A DNA stretch of 63,931 nucleotides, filler included, from Barthelona sp. PAP020 (GCA_040182905.1; 6 parts of 6 records of this genome joined end to end with filler, not necessarily neighbours in it), one strand, 5' to 3'; shown: positions 41,845-53,327, numbered from the whole stretch's first letter. Translations and numbers: made by a program. Notes: generated by a model from the sequence alone, not told the origin.

Positions 41845-43350
41845 ATGTTGAAATTGAATGGGAAAAAATTCAATTGCCAAAAGAAATCTGCATCATTGTT
41901 TTCTGTTTCTAAAAGTATTAAATGTCCACTATGTGATGCAGGTCGATTAATAAGTGTTATTTCACATGATGATTCAAGTGATTCATGTCGATTTTTGATG
42001 AGCAAAAGTGATTATTTTTCTTATTTGCAGCTTTTGTTTGTTTCTAGGGCTCCTATATTAATAAATCAGAGTTTTTATGATGTAAAGGCTTCACCTATTC
42101 CTTTTGAAATTTCATGTGAAGAAGAATCTTCTGGATCTGATTATTTCGAAGAAAACAATAAGATAAAAACAATCTTTGGTAGTACACTCATAAAAGGCTA
42201 TTATAAACAATTTTTTACACAGATTTGTAGGATTGGTAGAGGGCCTTTTGGCTTTGTATATCTTATTCAGCATTGTTTACCAAATATTGATATAGATTTT
42301 GAAATTTATGCCGTTAAAATAATGAATATTGATAATTTTTTCAATTTTGAATTACTAGAAAGAATCATTTTTCACAAACAATTATTTCACAATAATTTGA
42401 TAAAATATCATTTTTGTTGGTTTGAAAATGGAAAATGTTGCTCATTTTTACCTGAGGTTCCAAAGCTTTACATATTGATGAATCATGCAAACAAAGGTAA
42501 CTTGAAAGATTTAATTTTTCAGAGTAATCAATCGATGCAATTACCAATTGAACATATTATTGATTTTATGCAAGATATTCTCAATGGATTAGCGTATTTG
42601 CATGAGGCAGGCATTGTTCATTCTGATTTAAAGTTAGAAAATCTGTTATTACATGAAGATTTTTCCACAAAAGATCGTTTTTCTGGTGTTAAGGTGATCA
42701 TATGTGATTTTTGTTTTGGAGACTACATTGAATATTTAAATGATTCATTTTTTTGTGATGTTATCAACTATATGGCTCCTGAAATAATAAATAATCGTTG
42801 TTTTACGGATAAAGGAGACATTTGGTCTGTTGGCGTTATCTTTTATGCTTTACTCTTCAATCAACTTCCTTTTTATTCTGAGAATGTTCAAACAACTTTC
42901 CATACGATTAAAAATTTCGAATCTTTTGAATTGGATGATAATTTATTGAATCAAAGACCCATTTTTTTTAGTGAAATTTTGAAAAAATGTTTTTCAAAAG
43001 ACCCTTCAAAAAGGCCAACTGCAAATGAATTACTGTTTTATTTTAATAATTCTGATTTGGTCTCTTTTTGCAATCCTGATTGGCAAATTGAACAGCAATT
43101 TGAAGAAGCAAATTCATTTTCCCAAGTTCAATTTTCAACAACGGCTTCAGACATTGAATTTGAATATCAAAATGAAAATGAATATACTTTTCAAGATTTT
43201 AATGAAAGAATTAAACAAAAGAAGAATCTTTTTGTGTTTTTCATTTTTATTGCATGTTCTATTTTATTTTTATACAGTAACCACGTTTCTTTCAAAACGT
43301 TTACAATTCTTTTTGTGATGTTTATAATTTTGGCAAATATTTTATGGTAA
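41845..43350 (+). CDS. IKS1-like protein kinase with C-terminal TM segments
   Basis: CPLC..DYFSYL..GYYKQFF N-terminal pattern of IKS1-type kinases; GRGPFG, YAVK, HSDLKLEN, CDFC, YMAPE, DIWSVG. Confidence 0.75.
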   Translation: MLKLNGKKFNCQKKSASLFSVSKSIKCPLCDAGRLISVISHDDSSDSCRFLMSKSDYFSYLQLLFVSRAPILINQSFYDVKASPIPFEISCEEESSGSDYFEENNKIKTIFGSTLIKGYYKQFFTQICRIGRGPFGFVYLIQHCLPNIDIDFEIYAVKIMNIDNFFNFELLERIIFHKQLFHNNLIKYHFCWFENGKCCSFLPEVPKLYILMNHANKGNLKDLIFQSNQSMQLPIEHIIDFMQDILNGLAYLHEAGIVHSDLKLENLLLHEDFSTKDRFSGVKVIICDFCFGDYIEYLNDSFFCDVINYMAPEIINNRCFTDKGDIWSVGVIFYALLFNQLPFYSENVQTTFHTIKNFESFELDDNLLNQRPIFFSEILKKCFSKDPSKRPTANELLFYFNNSDLVSFCNPDWQIEQQFEEANSFSQVQFSTTASDIEFEYQNENEYTFQDFNERIKQKKNLFVFFIFIACSILFLYSNHVSFKTFTILFVMFIILANILW

Positions 43351-43474
43351 ATGTAAAATGTGTCTTTTTCTTTTTTGATTTGTTCTATTTATGCTCTTCT
43401 GTGAATCATTTAAAAAAAAATATCACTTAAAAGCAAGAAAGAAATTATCTTTTTCTTGTTTTTGATTTAATTTA

Positions 43475-44476
43475 ATGGTATCGAAAAACCAAGTTGTTGG
43501 ATATTTTACTTTAAATGTTTTTTCCTCTGTTTCACTTGTTTTTGTGAACAAAATTGTATTGAACGATTGGTCATTTCCTACTGTCTTACCTTTTATTCAT
43601 TTTTGGTTTGGTTGGCTCGGTGTATTGATATCACAAAAGTTAAAACTATTTGAACCTGTTTCTCTTCCATTAAAACAAGTTTTTGTTTTATGTATTGCAT
43701 TTTGTGGTTGGGTTTTAGGAAATACTGCCTCGCAGGCTAAGAACTCAACTGCATTTTATCAATTATTTAAGATTCTTGGAACACCAATGACTGTTATTGT
43801 CAATGCAATTCTGTTAAGAAGAAAAAAACAAAATTATCCTCTTGGTGTGTGGGTCAGCACTGTTTTGGTTTTTATTGGAATATATATTGCGACTATTTCT
43901 GGCAAAAGTTTTTCTTCGGGTATGTCTCTTGAGGGATTTATATATGCCATGATAGGTGTTTCTTCAAATGTTTGTTATTCAACATATTCAAAACATGTCA
44001 TGACAAAGCATCAAGTTTCTTCTTTCCAATTGTTTTCTTACACTGCACCTATTAGTTGTATATTGTTATTTGGAGTAAACATTTTTGTGGCAGATGTGGG
44101 CCACATCATGTCATTATCTTACACCCCTATGCAAATTCTTGGTATTGTTTGTAGTGGTGCTATTAGTTTCTTTGTAAATTTATCTATCTTTATGGTAGTT
44201 GGAGCTGCATCACCCACAGCATATGCTGTTGTTAGTAATTTGAAAACTGTTTTGATATTCATTGGAGCTTTTGTCTTGTTTAAGGACCCTATCACTCCCA
44301 AAGTTTTCATTGGTATTTCAGTTACTATTGCTGCTGTTGTATTGTATTCATATAGTGATACTCGCAGCAAGATAAAAAAAGCACCCAAACCGGAAAAATC
44401 TGATGATCTTATTAAGTTAAATGAAGAACCGGAATTTGAAGAGGAATTTGAAGAGAATTTGAAAAAGAATGTATAA
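43475..44476 (+). CDS. Nucleotide-sugar transporter (TPT/SLC35E/UXT-like)
   Basis: NVFSSVSLVFVNK, NSTAFYQLFK..TP, SPTAYAVVSNLKT; about 10 TMs. Confidence 0.88.
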   Translation: MVSKNQVVGYFTLNVFSSVSLVFVNKIVLNDWSFPTVLPFIHFWFGWLGVLISQKLKLFEPVSLPLKQVFVLCIAFCGWVLGNTASQAKNSTAFYQLFKILGTPMTVIVNAILLRRKKQNYPLGVWVSTVLVFIGIYIATISGKSFSSGMSLEGFIYAMIGVSSNVCYSTYSKHVMTKHQVSSFQLFSYTAPISCILLFGVNIFVADVGHIMSLSYTPMQILGIVCSGAISFFVNLSIFMVVGAASPTAYAVVSNLKTVLIFIGAFVLFKDPITPKVFIGISVTIAAVVLYSYSDTRSKIKKAPKPEKSDDLIKLNEEPEFEEEFEENLKKNV

Positions 44477-45056
44477 ATGTGATTGCAACAATTTGTCCTT
44501 TTTGGTTTTTTTTTTTTTGGGGAAAATTTGCATTGAATAATATTGATCTTCAAGTTAAAAAGGATCTCTCCACTTTTATTTATCTAAAAAAGAATAGGAA
44601 AACTTCAAAACAGGGAGTGGCCAAATAAATGCTGAAAGAAAGAAAAAAAATCTAAAGCTTTAAGACACATTCTTATAAATAAGAATGAAGTGAGATTATG
44701 TATAAGAAAATAGTAAATAAAATAGCATCACAAATCAACAGAAATTAACAATGTCAAAAGTGATCTAAAAAGGAGAGAAAACTTGATAACAACTATTTCT
44801 CACGTTAGAATTATGAATTTAATCCTTTTGTTGCGCTCTTTCATTTTCGAAAAAAATCCGAAAATCTTCAATTTCAACAAATTCTAACTCACTCATAACC
44901 GCACAGAAATGGGTTTATGTGAAAATACCAATCTTTCATAAATTATGAAAAGAACTGCTTTTTTCCGTTGTTAAATTTTTTTATTTTATTTATGACTTCA
45001 TTAAACCATCCGTGGGGGTGGGGGAATTGAGGGATTTTATATGCGAACGCTCGTCT

Positions 45057-45156
45057 NNNNNNNNNNNNNNNNNNNNNNNNNNNNNNNNNNNNNNNNNNNN
45101 TTAATTAATTAANNNNNNNNNNNNNNNNNNNNNNNNNNNNNNNNNNNNNNNNNNNN
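45057..45156. other. Artificial contig spacer
   Basis: N44-TTAATTAATTAA-N44. Confidence 0.98.
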
Positions 45157-46782
45157 CCATTAAAACTTTCAAAACATTCAAATTTGTTGATATTTCACTT
45201 GAAACAAACTTGATCTCGATAGGATAGAAGCTCAACTGATTATTAGCCACATTGATACTAAACTCAAGAGTCAAAGATTCCATCTCTTCAGCATTCAAAT
45301 CCTTCATATCCCAAATCAATATGTTGTTCTCAGAAGACACAATACGACCAAAATCACAAGAATTTTGAGTCGCTGTACAACCTTGTGGAAGGGGTATAAA
45401 CAATTGCAAACGAGAATAATGACTGTACATATTAGAATCCAATTCTAATTCAACAGAAACAATTGTTGTGGTTCCCATTGCTGTTGGCCAAATACTAACG
45501 TTAATTGGAAGATCCACTTCTTCTTTTAACAAATCCTTTGACCAAGAAACAAGTTGTTGTGATTGATCAACAAAAAATCCAGAAGACCAATCAATTGTTT
45601 GTTCAGAGTTGAAAAGTTTTCGAATTTTTGGAGGAACTTTAAACATTTTCAAAGAATCTTCATCTAGCTCCAATTTAAATGACAAAGCACTTCCTTGCAT
45701 TGTTTTATCATGTAAAATGGCAGAAATATGACCTTTAGCAATGAATTTATCAATTTCTCCATCAATGACTTGTAAATTTAACTTTTCTTCTATATAAACA
45801 GTCATAGGATTAAGTGCAACCGTTAACAAATCTGTTGCTTCTTCTTCTACTGTTTCGATAGATTTTTCCTCGACCTCTTCTTCAACAACTTCTCTGGTCT
45901 TTGCTAATTTGCTAATTCTGTCCCCTTTAGCAGTCTTTTTACGCTTGCCCAAAGTCATTCTGGTTCCTTTTACATTCTTTCTTCGATTTCCCACAACAAT
46001 ACGCTTATTGTCTTCTTCATCATCATCATCAGGAGAAAATGTTGGAATAATATTTTTGGTAGTTACAATGGATTTAGGCGTAACTTTATTAATATTATTA
46101 TAGGAGGTTGCTTCTGTCTTGTAAGTATCTGAAGAAAATCCCCCACGAGTCTCATAAAACTTAGCCATTTCATCTGAACTAAGATTAGATCCACCTCTGG
46201 AAGCCAATAATTCATCCTTTTCTCGTTGAATCTTTTCAGCAGCATTCAAAGCATTTTCCTCGGCAACTTTTTCTCTTTCTTTCATTTCACGTATATGCAA
46301 TTCTTCTTGATAAGAATACATCCTAACAGCGGACATAACTTCACTCACAGGATTATCTTCAGGAAATCCAGAAGCTAATATTTCATCAATACCAAAAAGT
46401 AATATGTAGGCTTGACTTAATATTGTTTGACTTGTTAAAGGATGACAAGCTCTTGATAAAAATTCAGATAATTTCTGTAAAGCAAATTCTCCAATCATAT
46501 CAGTGGTAGAAACTTCACCAACAACTAAAATATACAAATTTTCCAATGGAACATAAAATATGGTGTAACGTTCAGTATGAATGGCATTGGTATTTTTTTT
46601 TGATTGTTTCAAGAGTTTAGGATAGTTAAAGATGACAGATTCAATGTCTTGAGTTGAAACACCAACATTGTGGGCATAAATTGTATATCTGGTTAATAAC
46701 ACTTTTCCACTTCGTGACAAAATAGCTGTTGCATATATCTATACACATTAGTAAAATTCTTTAATGACAGTCAAAATACCAT
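45157..46782 (-). CDS. ARCN1: Coatomer delta subunit; 41-nt intron 46739-46779; 3'-truncated
   Basis: Splicing gives MIYATAILSRSGKVLLTR; RYTIFYVPLENLY, FGIDEI, MYSYQEEL, LPINVSIWP (mu-homology domain). Confidence 0.9.
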
Positions 46783-46843
46783 TTAACACACAGATTTCAA
46801 AAACAAAAAAATGTTATCATTTGACTTTTTTTGTTGATTGAAA

Positions 46844-48253
46844 ATGTCGAAAGTAGAACGGGAGCAATGGGTTACTGGTCATACGGGAAGTTCTATTTCT
46901 CATGTTCTTTTACTTAGTTCAGCTTTTTGTGTAACTTTCATTTTGATTAAATGTTTTTCTAATACTTAGTTAACACCAATCATACGTGATCTTTTTAATC
47001 CTTCACCTGGTATTACATCGATTATTCTTGAATTTGTGACTTATTTATTTATGTTTTTATTGATTTGTTTTGATCATTTAGTTTTAGTCATGATTATAAT
47101 AATTTTTTGTCTATTATATACTATATTTACTAAACCTCGTCGTTTTGTTCCCTATCAAGAAAGTAAACGTTTGCCTGCAATGACTTTTTCCAAATATGCT
47201 GTATTGATGCCAACTTTGGTTGCCATTTTTGCTGTTGATTATCCTCCATTTCCACGTAATCTTTGTAAAACAGAAGCTTATGGGATTTCTTTAATGGATG
47301 CTGGTGTTGGTGGTTTTGCTTTTTTGAATGGTGCAGTTGCTCAACTTAAAAATGCACCTACAAAAGCTTGGATGGCTAGGTTTAGACAAATATTAGTTGT
47401 AATTGTTGGAATTGGAAGACTAGTTCTCACTCGTTTGGTTGGTTATCAAGAACATGTCAGTGAATATGGTAGAGATTGGAACTTTTTTATCACTTTGGGC
47501 ATTATGCAAATTTGTTCCTCCTTTTTCCCAGATGACAAAGATTTGTTGATTGGAAGCTTGAGTACAACCCTGAATACTCTATTATTTTTTGCATTGGGGT
47601 GGGTTCGTGACATGACGACCAGAGATAATTTCTTCACAGCGAATAAGGAAGGGTTGATATCTTTACCTGGTTATATTTGTCTCTTTTTTTTTAGCAAAGT
47701 TGTAATGAAACATTTGGCTGATATCGAAAGGCATATCAATGTGCTTGATATAAAGGAACGTTTAAAACATTTTCTCAGAGCTGTTTTAATGACTGTTTTT
47801 CTATTGAGTTCATCAAAGTTTTGCAATTTGTTTATGCCTACAAGCAGAGCTTATTGTAACTTACCCTATATTTTGTGGGTTTTAGCATTCTTATCTTTCT
47901 GTAATACACTTTTTTTGTTGGTTAGATATTTTTTCTGCATTCCTGTTGTTGATTCTGAATTGGTCAGAGCTTTGGGTGCCAATCAATTATTGGTTTTTCT
48001 TGCAGCCAATATTTATGTTGGTCTCTTTAATATTTTAACAGATACAATTCATTCATCGACTTTAAAAAGTTGGATATCAGTTTCTTTTTATCTGGTACTT
48101 ATGTGTTGGGTATCTTTATTTTTATTTGACAAATATAATGGATCAGCCAAAAGAAAGAAAGACAAGGGTATGACCGTGTCAAACAGTGAGATTTTTGATG
48201 TTAATAAGAATGATATTGCCACTGTATCACAAATTGCAGAGATCAACATTTAG
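46844..48253 (+). CDS. PIGW: GPI inositol acyltransferase PIG-W/Gwt1; 39-nt intron 46931-46969
   Basis: Exon 1 MSKVEREQWVTGHTGSS; AIFAVDYPPFPRNLCKTEAYGISLMDAGVG, YQEHVSEYGRDWNFF, ANKEG, NQLLVFLAAN. Confidence 0.92.
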
Positions 48254-48571
48254 TATTTAGTTAGGATTTTACTGCAAAAAGCAGAGATGTTTGATAAAAC
48301 ATCAAAATTGGTCTGTTTTGTGAGGATGTCATTTTTTTTGATAACATTGATGTTTAACAATGTTTATACTTTTTTAAACTGATGTTATGAACTATTTTCA
48401 TGATGCTTTAAACCAATGAAAAATAATCAAAAAAAAAAAAAATTTGCAAGTAAATTTTTATTGCTTTTTTTTTGCCACAAATTAAATCTTTTTCACACAT
48501 GAACTAACATGTTGCATATCATGTGAAAAAACAATAAAAAACTTCATACGTATTTGATATGTCATTTGGCA

Positions 48572-49300
48572 TTAAAAATCGGTCCATATTTCACAATTAT
48601 TATGATTCTGCAAAATTGATGCTGGATTTTCTACGGATGGAGGAAATTCAAAACAATTTTTGATTGCTTCTTTCTTTTGTTCTCCTAAAGCAACCAGATG
48701 AACACAATTTGCACTGAATAATTCATGAATTCCTAAAGTTATGGCTGATTTTGGAGTTTGTTCGAAAGAACCAAATGTTTTGGTTGCATCAATGATGGTT
48801 TTTTCATCCAAATCAATTCGGCGCATAGAAGAGTCAAATGAAGACAATGGTTCATTGAAAGCAATGTGTCCATTTCTGCCAATTCCTAAAACCAAAAGAT
48901 CAATATTTCCAACACTTTCAATAAATTTTGAATGACTATGTAAATAATTTGCTAAATCGTTTTCATCCACTGAACCATCCAAACAAAAGATATTCTCTTC
49001 TGAAATGTCAATATGATTCAACAATTTATCATGTAAAAAATAATTAAAAGAATGAACATTCAAGGGATTTAATCCTAAATACTCATCCATCTGAAAAAAT
49101 CTACAATTTGTAAAACTTACCTCATTGTTATCATAAGCTTTGACCAATTTTTGGTATAACTTAATAGGTGTTGAACCAGTGGGAAAACATAAATTGCATA
49201 TTCCTTTTCTGTCAACTATTTCTCCAATTTGGTTGATTATTTTGTTTTTTAATTCTTCAAACAAAGTATCTTCATCATTGACAAAATTATTCGATTTCAT
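48572..49300 (-). CDS. nagB: Glucosamine-6-phosphate deaminase/isomerase
   Basis: PTGSTP, FQMDEYLG, GIGRNGHIAFNEP, AITLGI, PASILQNH; likely ATG 49300. Confidence 0.93.
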   Translation of the reverse strand: MKSNNFVNDEDTLFEELKNKIINQIGEIVDRKGICNLCFPTGSTPIKLYQKLVKAYDNNEVSFTNCRFFQMDEYLGLNPLNVHSFNYFLHDKLLNHIDISEENIFCLDGSVDENDLANYLHSHSKFIESVGNIDLLVLGIGRNGHIAFNEPLSSFDSSMRRIDLDEKTIIDATKTFGSFEQTPKSAITLGIHELFSANCVHLVALGEQKKEAIKNCFEFPPSVENPASILQNHNNCEIWTDF

Positions 49301-49719
49301 TTGTACCAAAATAAACAGTAATCTAATATTTTTTGACAAAATGATTTGTTGAATATCAAATGGTTTCAAGAATTTATCTCTTGTTATCAAACAGAAGTTT
49401 TTAGAAATTTAACAGATCACAATTTACGACATACAATGAATCAATAAACATGTTAATTGATATGATAAAACAAAAAAATCCGAAAAACAAAAAAGCCAAT
49501 TTTTTCTTTACAGTTTGGTCAAATAAATACTCAAAAAACATTTGCAAATTAATCAAAAGAAAACAAACGAAAATATAAAACATCTTATAACATTTTATTT
49601 TTTATCAAATCTTACTGTGACTTTAAAATTAAGAAAATTAATAATTCAAATAATGCAACATGTGCATTACTGATTTTAGATCAAAAAGAAAGATTTTTTT
49701 TTTAAAGTGAAAAGACTAT

Positions 49720-51522
49720 TTATTTATTAATTTTGACTCCGTTTAAAGAAAAGTTCTCTGATATTTCTAATTTTTGTGAAATTCTTGAATTTTGTGATAA
49801 ACTTTTCTTATTTCGTACAACACTTAAGGAATCTGTATCATTTAATTTTTGAGTGTTAGTAGACGATCTGGATGAATTTCCAGTTATTTCCAAATTTATA
49901 TTTTTCTGAACTTTTGATTTGCCATTTGATAATTTAAGGCTCTTTGAATCATTAACACTTCTTTTTTTTACATGGTTACTTTGGCTATTTTGTTTTGTAT
50001 TTGCCAATGTTGATACCATTTCTATTCTGTCAATTGGATTCTTATTTGAAATTTGAACACTGTTCCCCACAATATCAAAATCAACATCTGTTTTTTTTTC
50101 CTTCTTTTTTGGGGGTTTACTTATACGTTGAGGTTGAATCTGCATAGATTTATTGGTTACATCGAGTTGTGGACTATCAATATCACTGTTTTTCTTCGAA
50201 AAGTTGGTAACTTGAAAATCTAACGTAAAGTCATTTTCCTTTTTCTTTTTTGCAATAACTGTCTCTAATCGTTCCAATTTCAATTCAGTACTCTTTTTTT
50301 TCTTTGTTTTAAAAGGCAATAAATTCATTCCACATGTTGGACAAGCACGAGTCTTATCAATTTCACTTTGCTCACAAAAGAAATGCACAAAATGTCCACA
50401 TGGTAATTGATTGACCCGTTCAGTATTTAAAAAAGGTAGATCACAATGACCACAAACCTCGTTATCAATAGAAACATCAGAAACATGAAAAGCAGGCAAA
50501 CATAACTGCATTCTTCGAAATTTTGACAATGATGCGGGTTGATATGTATGTGTTTGAGCAAGCATCATCAATAACTCATAATCATTCGGCGTTATATCTC
50601 GATGTTGTAATAATCGCAGTCGGTTCTTAGAATCAGGATCAATATCTTGAACGGATGGTCTGTTAACTTCAAAAGGACCAAGTGTATCTGAAAGAAAACA
50701 AAAAAAAAGTTCTTTGTAAATATGATTCTTAGAATAACATGACAAACACAATGAATGTTCATCAGACTTGTATAATGGTCCAGATATTGGATCCATCGAA
50801 CAGATTGAACATTTAAACCCTTCATGAACAAATGGAGGAATCTTGTCAAGAATTTTCTTTTTCATTGCATTGATTTCATCTATTTGATCACCGTATCCAA
50901 CAAATTTCTGAACAGTCAAAGATATTTCAGAGGCAACCCATCTTTGTCGACACAATGGACAAGATAATGAAGTGTTGGCTGAATTTGCATGCTGAGTGTA
51001 CATTTTAAAACATTCACTATGTAAGGAGTTTCCACAACCACAAGAACAATATACAATGGAATCCCCTTTGGTAAAACCCATATAACAGATTGGACATAAT
51101 GTTTCTTCTGTAATTTCCATCATTAACACTGTATTTAATATATTTGAATTACTTTTTTCTTTGTTTTCAGATTCTCTCATGGAAGGATATCGATAAAAAC
51201 GCGTTCTGATTAGTTTTTCAATTTCTCTATCAGTAAATGAAACTTGAAATGATATAGCTTCTTCTCGAGTAATGTTAAATACCCTTAACAAAACCCATGC
51301 TTGATGAACACATATATCACCAGGTCTATGACAACTGCACGTATGAGTGTTGCCAAAAGATACTTTAAACTTCTTTTTTCGTTCATTTTCATGTTGTTGC
51401 CCAATAACAAAACTAAGAGGTCCAATTTCTTGTAAAACTAAAAATTGAGAAACTTCTGCCAAATCATATGAAGAAGCTGTAACTGCAGATGGGGATAATC
51501 GATAAGGTAATGATCTAGACAT
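49720..51522 (-). CDS. ZSWIM2: ZSWIM2/MEX-like E3 ligase (SWIM, RING, ZZ-like, RING-like)
   Basis: GPLSF; CSC..CVH SWIM; CPIC..CGNSLHSEC..CPLCR; HEGFKCSIC; LQHRDITPNDYELL; LPCGHFVH..CPTC. Confidence 0.8.
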   Translation of the reverse strand: MSRSLPYRLSPSAVTASSYDLAEVSQFLVLQEIGPLSFVIGQQHENERKKKFKVSFGNTHTCSCHRPGDICVHQAWVLLRVFNITREEAISFQVSFTDREIEKLIRTRFYRYPSMRESENKEKSNSNILNTVLMMEITEETLCPICYMGFTKGDSIVYCSCGCGNSLHSECFKMYTQHANSANTSLSCPLCRQRWVASEISLTVQKFVGYGDQIDEINAMKKKILDKIPPFVHEGFKCSICSMDPISGPLYKSDEHSLCLSCYSKNHIYKELFFCFLSDTLGPFEVNRPSVQDIDPDSKNRLRLLQHRDITPNDYELLMMLAQTHTYQPASLSKFRRMQLCLPAFHVSDVSIDNEVCGHCDLPFLNTERVNQLPCGHFVHFFCEQSEIDKTRACPTCGMNLLPFKTKKKKSTELKLERLETVIAKKKKENDFTLDFQVTNFSKKNSDIDSPQLDVTNKSMQIQPQRISKPPKKKEKKTDVDFDIVGNSVQISNKNPIDRIEMVSTLANTKQNSQSNHVKKRSVNDSKSLKLSNGKSKVQKNINLEITGNSSRSSTNTQKLNDTDSLSVVRNKKSLSQNSRISQKLEISENFSLNGVKINK

Positions 51523-51631
51523 GGTTTAACATCATTTTTTTATAAAAAAAATTTGTTGGTTCTGTTTCTTCATTTCTAAACCAATAATAAAAAAATATAT
51601 TTATAAATATAAAACCTTAAACTTTACAAAA

Positions 51632-52273
51632 CTAACGAACTCTGAAAGGTTGAGCTTCACGATCAAGACATTCTTCTGAAGCCTTTCCATAAGTCTTTCC
51701 AAATTGTTCATTCAAACCTTTAACAAAACCAGTGTAACCTGGAACTAATTTGTCTGAGTTTTCAATGTGTTTAATTCCATGATGATGATGATTGTCCTCA
51801 TTTTTGCATACATGAGTAGGGGTGGATTCGCTTGCAATTTTAGAATGTGTCTTGCCAAAAATTGCATCAACACCAGGAATATAACCTTGATAACCAGGAA
51901 CTCCTTTAGAATCAATGGCAAAGATTTCTGTTTTTTGAACGGTACTCGGAACATCACGTTTATGATGATGTTGACGTTTTTTAGGATTCATGGTTAGTTC
52001 TAACTGAGTTTCATATGATTTATCAGCAAGTTTACCAAATGAATCACCGACTTCATTGCGAATATGAGGTAAATGTCCACCATAACCTGGAATCGCGGTA
52101 TGTTCAGCTTCAGGAAAAGAGCTCATAGTTGAAGACAATGGATTTTCTGGAGTTATATCAACATGAGGCTTTAAAACTTTTGTAGTTGCTGTTCCATAAG
52201 AAGTTCCCAAAAATGCATCGTCCATTTTAGGTACAAAACCGGTATAACCAATAATTGGTTCACGAGGATCCAT
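51632..52273 (-). CDS. FAM166/CIMIP2-like ciliary microtubule inner protein
   Basis: Four (I/V)(P/I)GY(T/G/Q)G(F/H/Y)xP-type repeats each followed by G(T/D/K)(S/T)(Y/F/H); likely ATG 52273. Confidence 0.8.
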   Translation of the reverse strand: MDPREPIIGYTGFVPKMDDAFLGTSYGTATTKVLKPHVDITPENPLSSTMSSFPEAEHTAIPGYGGHLPHIRNEVGDSFGKLADKSYETQLELTMNPKKRQHHHKRDVPSTVQKTEIFAIDSKGVPGYQGYIPGVDAIFGKTHSKIASESTPTHVCKNEDNHHHHGIKHIENSDKLVPGYTGFVKGLNEQFGKTYGKASEECLDREAQPFRVR

Positions 52274-52406
52274 ATTCGTGTAAAAAAAAATTTGAAAACC
52301 AAAAGAGATTTTTATCATTCAACTATCCACTTGTGCTTAAACAATAAAATAATAAAACTGTTTATAAAAACATTCAATATTTTCCCGAAATTATTGATTT
52401 AACAAA

Positions 52407-53249
52407 TCATTTTCTAACAATTTTATTTTTGACTGATTCCGGATTAATAGCATAGTAAAGTAACATTTCTAATTCACTATCCCATACATCTCCTAATAAC
52501 ATGAAACAATGAAGTGGACTACCAAAATCAAAATTCATAATTTCCTCGAAAGTTCCAACAGCGATTGTTTGATCATCATAACCTAATCTAGCAACTCCAA
52601 CTATAAGAGAATCTTCATGCAACACACCTTCATGCCTTTTATCTTCAATTTTCTTGATTATCTCAACACCTTGATTGACAGTCATGTATCTTGGGGGTAA
52701 ATATTTCTTTTTTCTTGATAAAATAGAATCTTCAGTTGGTTCTTTAACCTTTATATCCAATAAACAAAGAGTGTGTAAACCAACAGATTGATTCTTTTTG
52801 ATCTTATCATAGAAAGAATCTGGTTGCCATGAATCAGTCCAAAATACGACAGTAATGGTCTGACCAAATCGGTATAATTCTAAACCTGTTTCAGCGACGG
52901 CATTCATAATAGAAGCATTATGAATAGTTTTGGTAGGAATGTTCAATTTTTTGCATCTTTTCCACAAATCATGATGTGTTGTGGCACAAAAAGGATCACC
53001 AACAACCAATAAAGCAATATCCTTTTTGTCGGCTTGTGATAAAACAACATTTTCCCAACTTTCAACAGTCTCTCTATCAGCAGGAATAATTTCTCTGTTG
53101 TAAAATTGCTCTAATTCTTCATGTGTGGTATTTGTAAATACTGCAGTGTAAGCTTCTAAATAGACAATATCACATTTTTCGACAATTTCTTTTCCTTTAA
53201 CAGTAACATCCTTTTCATTACCTAACCCTAAACCAACGAAGTAAAACAT
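52407..53249 (-). CDS. DPH5: Diphthine methyl ester synthase
   Basis: MFYFVGLGLGNEKDVTVKG, YLEAYT, LVVGDPFCATTH, LYRFGQT, GLHTLCLLDIKVKE. Confidence 0.97.
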   Translation of the reverse strand: MFYFVGLGLGNEKDVTVKGKEIVEKCDIVYLEAYTAVFTNTTHEELEQFYNREIIPADRETVESWENVVLSQADKKDIALLVVGDPFCATTHHDLWKRCKKLNIPTKTIHNASIMNAVAETGLELYRFGQTITVVFWTDSWQPDSFYDKIKKNQSVGLHTLCLLDIKVKEPTEDSILSRKKKYLPPRYMTVNQGVEIIKKIEDKRHEGVLHEDSLIVGVARLGYDDQTIAVGTFEEIMNFDFGSPLHCFMLLGDVWDSELEMLLYYAINPESVKNKIVRK

Positions 53250-53327
53250 CTTTTGTTTTTAAGCAATTTTTCCAAAAAAAAGTTTTGATGAATTTATTGA
53301 TCTTGAATATTCCAATTTATTGATGAA

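Noticed and set aside
45010..45056. G-rich contig end (GGGGGTGGGGGAATTGAGGG) and a possible tRNA start GCTCGTCT
   Set aside because: Only three G-runs, so no canonical three-tier G-quadruplex, and no telomeric repeat. Eight nucleotides are insufficient to call a tRNA.
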